Shown one piece after another: positions 15,408 through 27,870 of a DNA stretch of 64,000 bases (positions are counted from its first letter, which is position 1; each line of letters begins with the position of its first letter). The DNA is from the human T2T-CHM13v2.0 reference genome, Homo sapiens: assembly GCF_009914755.1 (NCBI RefSeq), contig NC_060941.1, one strand, 5' to 3'. The notes beneath the pieces were generated by a model that did no database searches, was not told the origin of the DNA, and was given only the letters and a program-made list of their open reading frames with translations. Position numbers and translations under genes: made by a program.

Positions 15408-15620
15408 GGTATCCACCTGGGGCCTAGATATCCTCTTGGGGACTGATGTCATCCTGGAGCCTGATGTCCACCTGGGACTGGCTATCCACCTGTGGCCAGA
15501 TATCTACCTATGGCCGAATATCCATTTGGGACCTGAAGTCCACCTCTGGCCGAGGTGTCCATCTGGGACGTGATGTCCACCCGACACCTAGGTATCAACT
15601 TGGGGCTTGATGTCTACCTG
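15408..15620 (+). repeat. SATR-type degenerate 18-19-bp satellite, about 12 units
   Basis: Repeating tgtccacctggggcctga-like unit. Confidence 0.75.
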
Positions 15621-16946
15621 TCCTCAGACTGTGGGCCCCTGAGGGTCAGGGACCACGTGGACATTTTCAGTACCATATGCTGGGCCCACCAGGGCACCTG
15701 GCACACAGGACTAATGCTAAGGGCAGAGTTGCTGAGTGAATAAATGGGAGGATGTCAAATGCCCCTTCCTGCTTCTGGCCATCTCATAATGTGGAGATCA
15801 TTCATAAGAACAGGAACTGCATGACCTCAGCATGACTCTCCCCTGGACCCAGATGCATGAGAACAGCACAGTGGGCACCAGGAACACAGAACACTGTCCT
15901 CCCACCCACCCTGTAGCCAGCATCAGCACTGCAGCCTCAGGCAGGAGCATCACAGAACAAAACAGGGAACTGCATTTAGGATTCCTCAAGTCAGTGGCTC
16001 TCCAGGGTCCCAGGAGGCAGACGAGCAGGATCTGCAGGCTCCAAGGGCAGTGAGAAGGACCTCAGCAGTCTCTCTTGTCCCCTCTTTGCCTCCAGTTCCT
16101 GGGGTGTAAAGTTCACTCTCGAGGTGTCCTCACCACAGCCAGGGCAGCAATTTCCCCCAACTTCCAAATGAAGTTCGATCGTGTTCCGGGACTTTTGACA
16201 CAGGGTCCAGTGCCTGGGCACATTCTGTCCTATCCCAAATCCTCATCCACCCAAACTACCAAGCCTCTGTCTGCTCCGAAGGACCCCCAGAGTGAATAGC
16301 TTTTTCCAAGTGTCTCAGCACACACGGGGTCATTCATAAAAAACCAAGGTCAACAAACACTATCCAAGCATGTGGAACCCTGTGGTTTCATGCTCTAAGC
16401 ACCTCACATTATATACAGGAGAAAACGGAGGCTTCGTCTCCTGTAGCCCCTGTCTACACTAGGGCAGGTGGGATGGTCGTAGTTCCAGGTGCCCACAGAG
16501 GTGGACTGCAGGACCCCAGTTCTGTCCTTTCAAGGCTGTGCTGGGCAAGGCCCTGGCCCAGGCAGAACCCTGGGAAGCTTGCGGATTCTCCTGCCCATCC
16601 TCTAGGCCCTTGTCTGAGCCTTTCTCTAAACTCAGCACATTGAATAGGGCTTGCTGGCTACATGTAGGTCAAGGGTGTAACCCCCATATCTCTAATTCCT
16701 CACAGAGTTCTTGCTATATTCTCCGACCCACCCTGTTCTCAGACCTTCAGACTCAGAGAGGTGATGGACTACTGCCTGGTAACTCTATCTGGATATCTAA
16801 GAGCAAACCCTACATAGCAAATTGTGCCAACACTCTATATATCCACCACCCACAAACCCATCCCAATCATAATGCCCAAACAGAAACTAAATACTTGGAT
16901 TAGTCCCATATGCAGAAAAAGGCAAATTATAAACAAAATATTGTTA

Positions 16947-17025
16947 TTGGGTTAGTGGAAAATTATTGCTGTTTTTGACATTATTTTTAATGGCAAAAAC
17001 CGCAATAACTTTTACACCAACCCAA
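16947..17025. mobile_element. MADE1 MITE
   Basis: 79-bp imperfect palindrome flanked by TA. Confidence 0.8.
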
Positions 17026-18162
17026 TAGGAGAGTGTGAAATGAACAGGTCTAGTTTGTTGTGCTTTTCTATTTTCTGTTTGTTCATATTTGTTGCTTTCT
17101 GTGTATCTTTGAGAGTTTGGAGGAATTTGTGAAAGGAACCAGGATAAACATTTTTTCCTGCTATTTGAAGACCACGTTTTTTATCTATGTTACATCTCTA
17201 TTAATAGCTTTTTCAAAATTCTGTTTCATCTGCATACCTTATGTTCTTAATTAGTGTTGCTACTAATATCAAAAATTATTTTCTCATTTTAATATTTTGT
17301 CTTCTGTTGTTTCTTAGTTTGTTTCTTAAATTTGTTGTGCTTTTTGTTTACTTGTATGCTTTTTCTAGGTTTTCAGAAGGATGATTTATTAGATTTTTAG
17401 TTTTTTCCAAAAAATGTACTTAAATTTAGAAATATACCTCCAATTTCTGTTTTAAATGCATTCTCAAAAACTTACATATCTAAAGGTATTTATCATTATA
17501 CTACATTGTTTTCATAATTCACCTATTGTTTTCTCTCTAACTTCAAGATTACTTAATAATGGGCTTAGTGATTTCCAAATATCTGAAAATTTTAATTGTT
17601 GCTGGCTTTGAGGAATATAATATGATATTGATGATTTAGAATACATTGATTACTCCTTTGTTGTCTAGTTCATGACCTACATTTGAAAACATGACAAAAT
17701 TTATATTTCTTTGTTGAATGTACATTTGTATACTTTTAGATAAAGTTATTGACCATGTTTTTTATATCCTTTTCAGCTTTTTTACTTTTGATTTTCAATA
17801 TTATTGTACTGGCTTACCAAAGAACTAGTTAAAATTAATTTTCTACCTATTTCCCTATCCCATTTGTCTAAATTAAAATTACAAAATTATACTTTTAATT
17901 ATACTTATGTTACAGATTTTCATATTTTTTGATTAATGTTTCTTTATCACTGTTTCTTATAAAGTCATTTTTGGTATCCTGTGATTGGCCCTTTAAGTGG
18001 TGATGAATAGAAATAATAAAGCAACTGAAGCAAGGTGATATGAAAAAATGAGAAGACAGAAACAAATCAATGTGTCCGTTTATGTGAAGTTTAACTGTAT
18101 AAGAGCAATAACAAAAAAAACCCAGAAAGTTGTTTTTCAAAACTATTCATAGAAACTGAGAT

Positions 18163-18167
<5 letters not shown>

Positions 18168-18210
<43 letters not shown>
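18168..18210 (+). repeat. (GA)n microsatellite
   Basis: Seen directly. Confidence 0.95.
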
Positions 18211-18214
<4 letters not shown>

Positions 18215-18600
18215 CCCCAGGTAAAGACCAGGCTCCTCATAGAACTCTGGCCCCAGGTGGACACTGAACTCCAGGTGTACATTAGGCCCCCAGTTGATGC
18301 TCAGGCCCCAGGAAGGTAACCAGGCTTATGATGGATATATGGCTCCAGGTGGATACCCAGAATCCAGTGAGAAATCAGGGACAAGTGGGCACCAGGCCTC
18401 AGAGGGATACCTACGACCCTAGTGACCTCAGGCCCCAGTTGGACAGTAGGCCACAGGTGAACTCCAGTCTTCAGGTGGACATCAGGCCCCAGGGGAAATA
18501 CAGGTCTTAGGTTTACTCCTAAGACACAGGTGGACACAGGTCTTAGGTTTACCCCTAGGACCCAGGTGGACAACAGGCCCTGGGTGGCCACTGGCCCCAA
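18211..18600 (-). repeat. SATR-type 18-19-bp satellite, about 21 units, opposite orientation to the 15.4-kb block
   Basis: Repeating caggccccaggtggacat-like unit, the reverse complement of the 15408 unit. Confidence 0.75.
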
Positions 18601-19419
18601 GTATCCAGTTTCCTAAGAGCTAGGGTGGGCAACCCCACTGGGCACTGTGGCCAGGCCTGCCATGTCTCCTTGTTCAGCTGCCACATTCTGATGGGGAGGG
18701 CGGGAGGTGTCGAGAGACCACAATCTAAGTTCTTATTACCTGATTTTATTTCACCTCCACTGAGTGCTCACTCTCCTCTCACCTAACGGATTTACTCTCA
18801 TCTGCAGGTGGTTTAAGTGTGAAGGTTTACTGAAGATTTAAAGAGTGTTATCACAGTTGGGATGATTTAAACTAACAGTACACGTTGCATTTTAAGAAAA
18901 TAATTAATCCTCAGAGGAGATATGGGTTATGGAGCCATGACAAATTTTCAGCATTACTTCCCTTACTTGTTGTTTCCAAATAAAAGATTTTTGATTCCCC
19001 ATTGATGTTGGATGAGAACGCTGAGTGTGCAAGCAAAATATCATTTTTTAACTAAGGGCCCAATAGTGTCTTAAATATGCAGAGCTGAGTCTGCAGGTGG
19101 AGAGTGATGGGTTTGTTCAAAACGTGGTATAGAGTGGCCTTGGGTCTCACCTGCCTGCCCTTCCATCCTGTGCCCTCCCAGTGAGGCACCCAAGCCCCAC
19201 CTTAGGGCACACCCCTTCACAGGGCCACATAGGCCCCAGTCCTCACCTATGTGGTCATCTCCAAATGGCACAGCAACACCTTCTGTCCAGGCCCAGGCCA
19301 GGGTCCCAGTATCTCCAGGGGGGCCTGGCATCCAGGCATCTGTTGAGAACTGGCCCAATGTTGGGGTCTGGGCTAGCCTGTGGGACCTGGATGTTGGGGG
19401 GCAGCTGCATGAGGACTCA

Positions 19420-19610
19420 TGCCTGGCTTTATGTGTAGCACCAGGAAAGGCACTTTAATCGTATTCATTTATTGCTCACAAAACCTCTGAGGTGGGTGCC
19501 TTCCCCACGTCACAGATGGGAATGACAAGAAATAATAAGGTTAAAGAGCATGCTCATGGTTGAAACCTGGTCAGGAACTCAGAACTGGAGTCTATAGACC
19601 CCTACCTGTG
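19420..19610 (-). mobile_element. MIR fragment
   Basis: ctcacaaaacctctgaggtggg...ccccacgtcacagatgggaa...ggttaa resembles the MIR core. Confidence 0.5.
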
Positions 19611-20168
19611 ACCTCTGTGGCCGGAGGACCCTCTCTCACCGGGTTTGTGTTTGCAGCATGTCCTGTCCTTCCCTAAGGGTCTCAGGTTCTGAGGCATGGT
19701 GAGGGCTGCTGGAGCCCATCACTGAGCTGCAGAAGGAGATACTAACGCTGGCCATGCCACCCTCCAGGCAGGCACAACTGGAGTTGAAAATCGAGATGGG
19801 GCAGGGCTGCCAGGAACAGAGGGAGGCAGGTGGAGAATAACTCACCAGGGAGGGGTTTCCCTGCTACAGCTTTCCAGGGCCATTTCCACTTTCTGGGTGG
19901 CATTTTGGGGCAGCTCACACAGTACACCCACATAGCCAGTCCCCAGGGTCACAATCCCCAGATGTTGTTCATCTTGGTGACAGGCCCTGTGCTTCTCCAG
20001 GACCGTTTGTGTATGGGCCCTTCCCAGGTAAGCGTGATACGTCCTGGCTGTCCTCAGTCCAGGGCACTGCCAGCATTTTCCTTTCTGGTCAGGGTCAAAG
20101 CTTTGTTGACCATCTCCAGGATACGATGGCCAGCTGGCCCTTGGAGAGCCAGTCACTCCAGGTGACAC

Positions 20169-20785
20169 GGTTTGGTACTGGACGTCCGCGGTCCCCTCTC
20201 CCACGCCGCCCCATACTGGGCCCCGTATCCAGCCGCCACCGCTGCTGCAGCAAGAACCGCCCCACTGCCTCCGCGCAGCTGCCATTGTTTAAAGGGACCT
20301 CAGCCTGACTTCCAGGAGCTACGCAAGACTTGGCCAAGTCAATGCGCATGCGCAAGGAGAGAGCCGCTTCTCCCCATCACAGCGATTCCCAGGGTTGTCG
20401 TAGAAACCACTCCCTGAGGCTTCGCAAAGCAGGAGCCCTCCGTAGCAGGGCTTCGGTGTCGGGGCTCCGAGGCTCCGGCCTGACTTCTCCACGGGGTACA
20501 CAGGAACGTCTCCGGACGCCAGGACCTGAAATGGGCCGACTAGGATGACGAAACCACAGGCAGAGTCCGGGGAAGCAGCGCGGCATCCCATCTTCAGGCC
20601 TGCCCGGAGGGTGTTCGGGTGAGTCTCCCCAAAAGTCGTGCCCCCGTGATCTGGAGGACAGGTCTGCCTGTGTGTCCGTGGGCTGCTCTCTCACCCGAGT
20701 GTCGTTCGCGTGGAGAGCAGAACCCTGCAGCCTCAAGGGTTGCCTGCCGGCTGAGGTGGGGGTGCTTCCATGACACCGCTGTATG

Positions 20786-20827
<42 letters not shown>

Positions 20828-22380
20828 ATTCTCTTCTCTCTCGCTATCACTCTCTATTTCTTTCCCTCTCTCTGTCGGTTTGTATGTGTGTGTGTGTGTG
20901 CCCTTGTGCGTGTGTGTGTTTGGACGAATGTGCCCCGTGCACCAGAAAGCAATTTCTTGCATGTCAGTCGGTCTTTGGTGAGCCTTTTTCGGCGTCTCTC
21001 CCTGGGTCCTGTGGCCAGTTGTCCATCGTTTTCCTGTCGGTTCCACTTTGGGTTTGTGAAGGCCTCGACAACGTGAGGAGATGCGTCGATCCCCGAGCAA
21101 TTGAAATCTCATCCCTATCCTGAGTGGCCTCTTTTCTAGGATCAAGATGACCACACTCCAGCCAAGGATAAAAGCCCCACAGGAGCTCACTGTCCTGCAG
21201 GAGAGGAGCAGGCCCACGTCCAAGAAGATGGCTGTATGTTTTCACGGCTCTTCTCTGAGAAGTGAAGCCACACCACGATACAGTCTTGAAGAGGAAGCCA
21301 GGAATGGGAGATGGCAACAAGCCCTGTCATGGTGGCCTCTCTGAACAAGTTACCCTTTTGGCACCCCTCCCCTTATGCCCGTGGCGGTGGCACAGTGCTG
21401 TATCCTGCCTGGGCTCTGGCCCCTGCTCTGTCCTCCCTCTTACTCTGTCTCCCTTGTTTCTGAGGGGCCTAGATGCTTCTAGGTCTGGCTGAATGTCTTC
21501 AAAAAAGATCACTTCCCAGTCCATCAGGGAGACAGTTGGTGGACATCCTTGTCATGATTGTGTCTCTCTCCAAACCTGTTTCTGCTTGATTGGGCAGGTT
21601 TGATGACCCTGGAGCTCTTAGCTTTCATATGTGTCTCAGACAGGGAAGCTACCTTGGTCTCCATGTTTCACCTCATGGGTAGTGGATTGCCTAGAAGCAA
21701 TGGTAAGCGACCATGACTGGCCTTTTCTTCTATGACGGGCGCGGTGTCGCATTTCCTCTGCATCTCCTGTCTCATTCTTGAGGGATGTCCTCTCCTCTGC
21801 TCCTGGGTGGACTGACTCCCTGAATCTTTTGGCCCCCTCCTGGATTCCAGGTGTTCTTTGATTTTGCTTGGCATTGATGGAAAGGTCACTTGTACCCCCC
21901 TTCAGTTGGGCACATGCCTGGACACCATTGCTTGTTTCGCCATCACCCCATATGCCCTCGGTGACACACATCCACACCATCTGCTCTGGGATACACCAGT
22001 GCCACGCGTGGTCGCCTTGGTTCCACCTCGGAATCGCCCCGTCCCTGTTTGCATGTGTCCTGGAAAGCAGTATCAGCTTGCAGGAGCCCCAGGGCTTTTA
22101 GAAGCGGGGCAGGCCACTGCTCTTCCAAAGGAGGAGGGAGGCAGAGGGCTCATGGGTCAGTGAATTTTCAGCTGACACTACGTCTTGAGGCCCATGGGAA
22201 CATTCTGTGCTGCAGCGAGGCCCTGCCTGGTCAGCGGATGTGGTGAGCCCATCCTTTTTCACCTGGAGGGGTCCAAGGTCGGATCCGAAGAGGCGTCCTG
22301 AGACCCCAGCAGGCGCCCTTGAGCTCTCTCTTCACTGGTGGAAGTCGGCTCAAGGAGGTCCTGAAGACAGGACTCCTGAG
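20169..22380 (+). repeat. SST1/NBL2 (MER22)-type macrosatellite monomer 1 (FAM27-like)
   Basis: 2212-bp period to the next unit, CpG-rich head, (TG)n/(CT)n block. Antisense ORF FQLLGDRRISSR..FWCTGHIRP resembles recalled FAM27E/D predicted peptides. Confidence 0.8.
20343..20354. promoter_or_regulatory. NRF1 palindrome TGCGCATGCGCA in the SST1 monomer head (variants at 22552-22563 and 26549-26560)
   Basis: Exact consensus motif. Binding not shown. Confidence 0.55.
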
Positions 22381-22984
22381 GGTTTGGCCCTAGGTCACCG
22401 GCGGACCCCTCTCCTACGCTGCCGCTACTGGATCCCGGATCCAGCCGCGGCCGAGGTTACAGCAGGAGCGCGCCTGCAGCGGCGCAGCAGCCATTGTTTC
22501 AAGGGGACGCAGCCTGATTGCCAGGAGTGGAGCGCGAGTCGGCCCCACCAATGCGCATGCGCGAGGCGCCAGAGGATTCTGCCATCAGTGATTCCCATGG
22601 TTATCTTAGAAACCAGTCCCCGAGGCTTGGCAAAGCAGGAGCCCTCCGTGGCAGTGCTTGGGCGTCGGGGCTCCGAGGCCCAGGCCTGACCTCTCCAGGG
22701 GTCGACAGGAACGTCTCCGGATGCCAGGAGTCTCAAAGGGCGGACCAGTATGACGAAACCACAGGCAGAGTCCCGGGGAAGCAGCGCGGCATCCCAGCCT
22801 CAGGCCTGCCCGGACGGTGTTCGGGTGAGTCTCCCCAAAAGTCGTGCCCCCCGTGATCTCGAGGACAGGTCGGCCTGCGTGTCGCTGGGCTGCTTTCTCA
22901 CCCGAGGGTCGTTGTCGTCGAGAGCAGAACCGCACAGCCTCAGGAGTTGCGTGGGGGTGTGTGCTTCTGTGCCACTGCTGTATG

Positions 22985-23020
<36 letters not shown>

Positions 23021-24586
23021 TCCCATTCGCTCTTCTCTCTCTGTCTCTCACTCTCTGTGTGTTTCTTTCCCTCTCTCTGTCAGTTTGTGTGTGTGTGTGC
23101 ACCTGTGCTTGTGTCTTTGGACGAATGTGCCCTGTGCGCCAAAAAGCGATTTCTCGCATGTCGGCCTGATTTTGGTGAGCCTCTTTCTGCATCGCTGCCT
23201 GGCTCATGTGGCCGGCTGTCGATCGTTTTCACCGCCGCGGATCCGCTTTGGGTGTGTGAAGGCCTCGACGGCGTGAGGAGATGCGTCAGTCCCGGAACAA
23301 CTGAAATCTCATCTCCATCCTGAGCGGCCTCTTTTCTAGGATCAAGATGACCACACTGAAGCCAAGGACAAAATCCTTACAGGAGCTCACTGTCCTGCAG
23401 GAGAGGAGCGGACCCACGTCAGGGAAGATGGTCGTATCTTTTCACGGCTCTTCTCTGAGAAATGAAGCCACACCAGGATACAATCTTGAAGAGGAAGCCG
23501 GGAATGGGAGATGGCAGCAATCCTTGTCCCTGGGATGCTGGCCTCTCCGGACAAGTCACCCGTTTGACACCCCTCCCCTTATGCCTGTGGCAGTGGCATG
23601 GTGCTGTATCCTCCCTGGGCTCTGGCCTCTGCTCTGTCCTCCCTCTTGCTCTGTCTCCCCTGTTTCTGAGTGGCCTAGATGCCTCTTGGTCTGGCTGAAT
23701 GTCTCCAACAAAGATCACTTCCCAGTCCATCAGGGAGACAGTTGGTGGACATCCCTGTCATGATTGTTTCTCTCTCCCAACCTGTTTCTGCTTGATTGGG
23801 CTGGTTGGATGACCCTGGAGAGCTTGAGTTCCATAGTTGTCTCAGACAGGCAAGCTACCTTGGTCTCCATGTTTCATCTCATCGGTGGGTGGATTGCCTA
23901 GAATGAGCAGTAGGCCACTGTGATGGGCCTAGTCTTCTAAGACAGGTGGTGTCACATTTCCTCTGCACTTCCTGTCTCATTCTTGAGAAATATTCTCTCC
24001 TCTGCTCCCGGGTGGACTGACTCCCTGAATCTTTTAGCCCCCTCCTGGATCCTGGTGTTCTTTGATTTTCCTTGACATTGATGGAAAGGTCACTTGTGCC
24101 CCCCTTCCATCTGGCACATGCCTGAACACCATCTTGTGTTTCGCCATTGCCCCATATGCCTTTGGTAACAAACATTCACACCATCTGCTCTGGGATATGC
24201 CAGTGCCATGCGTGTTGGCATTTGCTCCACTTTGGAATCGCCCTTGTCCCTGTTTGCATGTGTCCTGGAAAGAGGTATCAGCTTGCAAGGGCCCCAGAGC
24301 TTTTACAAGTGGGGCAGGTGACTGCTCTTTCAAAGGAGGAGGGAGGAAGAGGGCTCTTGGGTCAGTGATTTTTCTGCTGACACCATGGCTTGAGGCCCAT
24401 GTGATCATTCTGTCCTGCAACGAGGCCCTTCCTTTCTCAGCAGATGTGGTGAGCCTATCCTTCTTCACCCAGAGGGGTCCAAAATCGGATCTGAAGAGGG
24501 GTCTTGAGATACCAGCAGGTACCCTGAAGCTCTCCCTCCACCGGTGGAAGTCAGCTCAAGGAAGTCTTTAAGACAGGACTCCTCGG
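22381..24586 (+). repeat. SST1-type monomer 2 (FAM27-like)
   Basis: Colinear with monomer 1. ORF VSLPKSRAPRDLEDRSACVSLGC and antisense QTDRERERNTQRVRDRERR match recalled FAM27 predictions. Confidence 0.8.
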
Positions 24587-26385
24587 AGTTTGGCCCTGGG
24601 ACCCCCGCAGCCCCTTCTCCCCTGCCGCCCCCTACTGGAACCTGCATCCCGCCATTGCTGTGGCTGCAGCAGGATTCCCCCTGCCACCGCGCAGTCGCCA
24701 TTGTTTAAAGGGGCCACAGCCTGACTTCCAGGAGCGAAGCACGAGTCGGCCCAGCAAATGCCTATCCGCGAGGCTCTAGCTGATTTTCCCATCACATTGA
24801 TTTCCATGGTTGTCTTAGAATCCAGTCCCTGAGGCTTGGCAAAGCAGGAGTTCTCCGTGGCCCTGCTTCGTTGTCAGGGCTCTGAGCCTCCAGCCTGACT
24901 CGCAAGGGTTTTAATACCCTTCTCATCCTCATCTGCCTCTTTGCGAGGATCAAGACGACCACAACCCAGCCAAGGACAAAGGCCTCACAGGTGCTCATTG
25001 TCCACCCGCAGGAGGGTGCTCACAGACCTTCAAGAAGACGGTTTTCACTCCTCTCACACTTTGCCCTCATTGAGAAATCTAGCCACAGCTAGACACAGGG
25101 ACAGAGAAGGAAGCCAGCAACGGGATGCGGCAAGCATTTCTGTCACCCAAACGCTGGCCTTCCTGGCCAAGTCACCCGTTTGGCACTTTTTCCCAGATGC
25201 CCGTGATGGTGGCATTGTGCCATATCCTGCCTGGGTGCTGGCCTCTGCTCTGTCCTTCCTATTGCTCTGTCTGCCCAGTTTCTTGGAATCCTAGAGGCTT
25301 CTTAGTGTGGCTCAACGTCTTCAACAAAGAACACTTCCCAGTCCATCAGGGAGAAATTTCTTTGGGGTCCATTTCATGATTGCTTCCCTCTCCAAACCTA
25401 TTTCTGGATGATTGGGCAGGTGTGATGATCCTGGAGCTCTGGGCTTCCATACCTGTCTTGGACAGGGAAGCTCCCTTGGTCTCCATGTCCGAGGTGATGG
25501 CTGCGTTGTCGGTCCAGGAAGAGTGGGAGGCGACCCCACCGTGGCTGACCTTTGCTTTCTAGGAAAGGCGGTGTTGCATCCCACCTGTGCTTCCTCTCTC
25601 ATTCTTGAGGGCCATCCGGTTGCTCTGCTCCTGGGGAAAGTGCCTTCAAGCAGTGAATCTTTTGGTTGCCACAGATGTGAGGGAGCCAAAGGGACTGGGT
25701 TTTGCTGGTTTTAGGAGAGGTGGCGTCAGTGGTACCTACCCGGTGGCAGGGTGTCGCTGTGGTGGTTTGTCGAAACCTCTCAGCCCCTCTGGCAGGCATC
25801 CCTGAATGTGGCTTGGACTCGGGCACAGGCCCTGTCTGGCAGGTTTTCAGGTGTGCTTGGCTTTTCCTCAGCTTTGTGTGGGAGGTCCCAGAAGCCCACG
25901 GACGCACGCCTGGACGTCACTGTCAGTCTCGGCATCGCCCCATACGGCCTCAGAGACACACGCTCACTCCATCTGCTCTTGAAAGACGTCAGTACCACGT
26001 GTAGTCACATTGGCTCCATCTCAGACTCGCCTCTCTCTTTGCATATGTCGCAGAAAGCAGTTTCGGGATGCCAGAGCCCTGGGCCTTGGAGATAAAGGCA
26101 GGCCACTGCTCCACCCAGGAAGGAGGGAGGCAGTAGGCTCATGGGTCAGTGCATTTTCAGCCGACAGTACGCCTTGTGGCTCTTGGGATCTTTCTGTGCC
26201 CCAGCGAGACCCTTCCCACCTCACTACATTGTAACCCCATTCCTGATCACCCTATCAGATCCATAATCAGATCCGAAGAGGAGTCCAGAATGCCCAGCCG
26301 GCACCCTGAAGCTCCTTCTCCACCGGGAACTGAAGCAGAAGACCAGAAAACCAATCAAGAAGGTCCTGACGACAGGACTCCTATG
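24587..26385 (+). repeat. SST1-type monomer 3, internally deleted by about 600 bp
   Basis: Homology jumps from cctgac (~24899) to tctcatcc (~24920). Lacks the splice donor and the microsatellite block. Confidence 0.75.
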
Positions 26386-27870
26386 GGTCCAACCCTGGGT
26401 CTCCTGCAGACCCCCTCCTAGTACTCTTCCCACCCGCCACCTTGGACTGCGCCGCTGCGCCAGTCCCCGCAGCCCGTCGTGTCGCCGCCATTTTTTAAAG
26501 GGTCCGCAGCCTGACTCTCCGGAGCAAGGGGGGAGTTGGCCTCGCCAGTGCGCATGCACGAGGCCAGAGTCTCTGCTTTGGTAACAGTGACCGCCTCTGT
26601 TGCCCAGAAGTGGGTCCCTGAGACTTGGCGAAGTAGGAGCCCTGTGTGATAGTGTGTCAGAGTCGGGGCTGAGACCAGTCCTGGCCAGGGTGTTAACAGG
26701 ATGGTCTCCGGAGATCGGGATTCTCGGAGGGTCGACCACCAGGAAGAAACCTCAGGAGCAAGAAAGCTCAGGCAGATTGCTGGGGAGGCAGTGCGAGATC
26801 CCAAACTCAGGCCAGGATTTGCGGAGGGTCAATGAGGCCCCTCTCCCAATCTTCACTTCACCAGCCACCGCCCCAGTCCCTGCAGCCGCCGCTCTGCCGT
26901 CATTTATTTTATTATTATTTTTTTTTAATAGTCGGAGTCTCATTCTGTCACCCAGTCTGGACTGCAGTGGCGGGATCTCAGCTCACTGCAAACTCTGCCG
27001 CCTGGGTTCAAGTGATTCTCTTGCCTCCGCCTCACGAGAACCTGGGATTAGAGGGATTAATCAGAATCGGGGCTAAGACCAGTCCTGGCCAGGGCATCAA
27101 CAGGATGGTCTCTGGAGGCCGGGATTCACGGAGGGTCTTCCAAGAGGAAGAAACCGCGGGCGGAAGGCCGAAGAAGCAGCGCGGGATCCCTGCCTCAGGC
27201 CTGCACGGACGGTGTGCCAGTGAGTCTCTTCAAAAAAGGAGAGATTTGCTTGTGTGCCCATGGGCTGCTCTCTCACCGGTGGGTCGTGGTTGCGGAGAGT
27301 AGAACCCGGAAAATTCAGGGGTTGCCTGGGGGTAGGTGTTACCGTGCCACTGCCCTATGTCTTTGTGCGTTTGTGTGTGTGCGTAGGTCTCTCTCTTATT
27401 TCTCTCTCTCTCCTCTCTCGCTCTTTTGCTCTGTGTCCGTCTGTGTGTGCGTGTGTGTGTCTGTTGGGACACATGTGCCCTGTGCTCCAGAGGGCGGTAT
27501 CTTGTACATCGGCCTTTCTTCTGGTCAGCCTCTCTCGGCGTCTCTGCCTGGGGCGTGTGGCCGGTTGTCAGTCATTTTTCCGGTGGCTCCAATTTGGGTT
27601 TGTGAAGGTCTGGCGAGGTGGGGAGCTGCGTCTCTCTCATAAGGATTTAAATCACCTCCCCACCCTGAGAGGCCTCTTTTCTAGGATTAAGGCCTCCAGC
27701 CCCCAGCCAAGGATAAAAGCCTCACCAGAGAGGTCATTGTCTACCTGCAGGAGCTGTGTAGAGAGACCTGGAAAAAGATGGTTCTCATTCGTCTCTCTCT
27801 TTCATCTCCTTGAGAAATCTAGCCACAGAGTAACACAGGTTTTCAGAGGATGGGAATGGGATGTGGCAAG
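26386..27870 (+). repeat. SST1-type monomer 4, truncated, with Alu fragment (26905-27050, -) and a ~95-bp internal duplication
   Basis: Same motif order as the other monomers. 26657-26751 is repeated at 27061-27155. Homology ends at ~27870. Confidence 0.75.

Noticed and set aside
15408-18600. 18-bp repeats as CRISPR or a coding repeat
   Set aside because: Degenerate head-to-tail satellite with 18/19-bp length variation that breaks the frame.
19686-19830. Exon-like stretch LLEPITELQKEILTLAMPPSRQAQLELKIEMG
   Set aside because: It looks coding but has an in-frame stop just upstream, and I cannot assign a parent gene; needs BLASTX.
20377-23323. HT- and CV-repeat FAM27-like ORFs as real proteins
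   Set aside because: They are translations of (CA)n/(GA)n satellite sequence, and the frames are not conserved between monomers.
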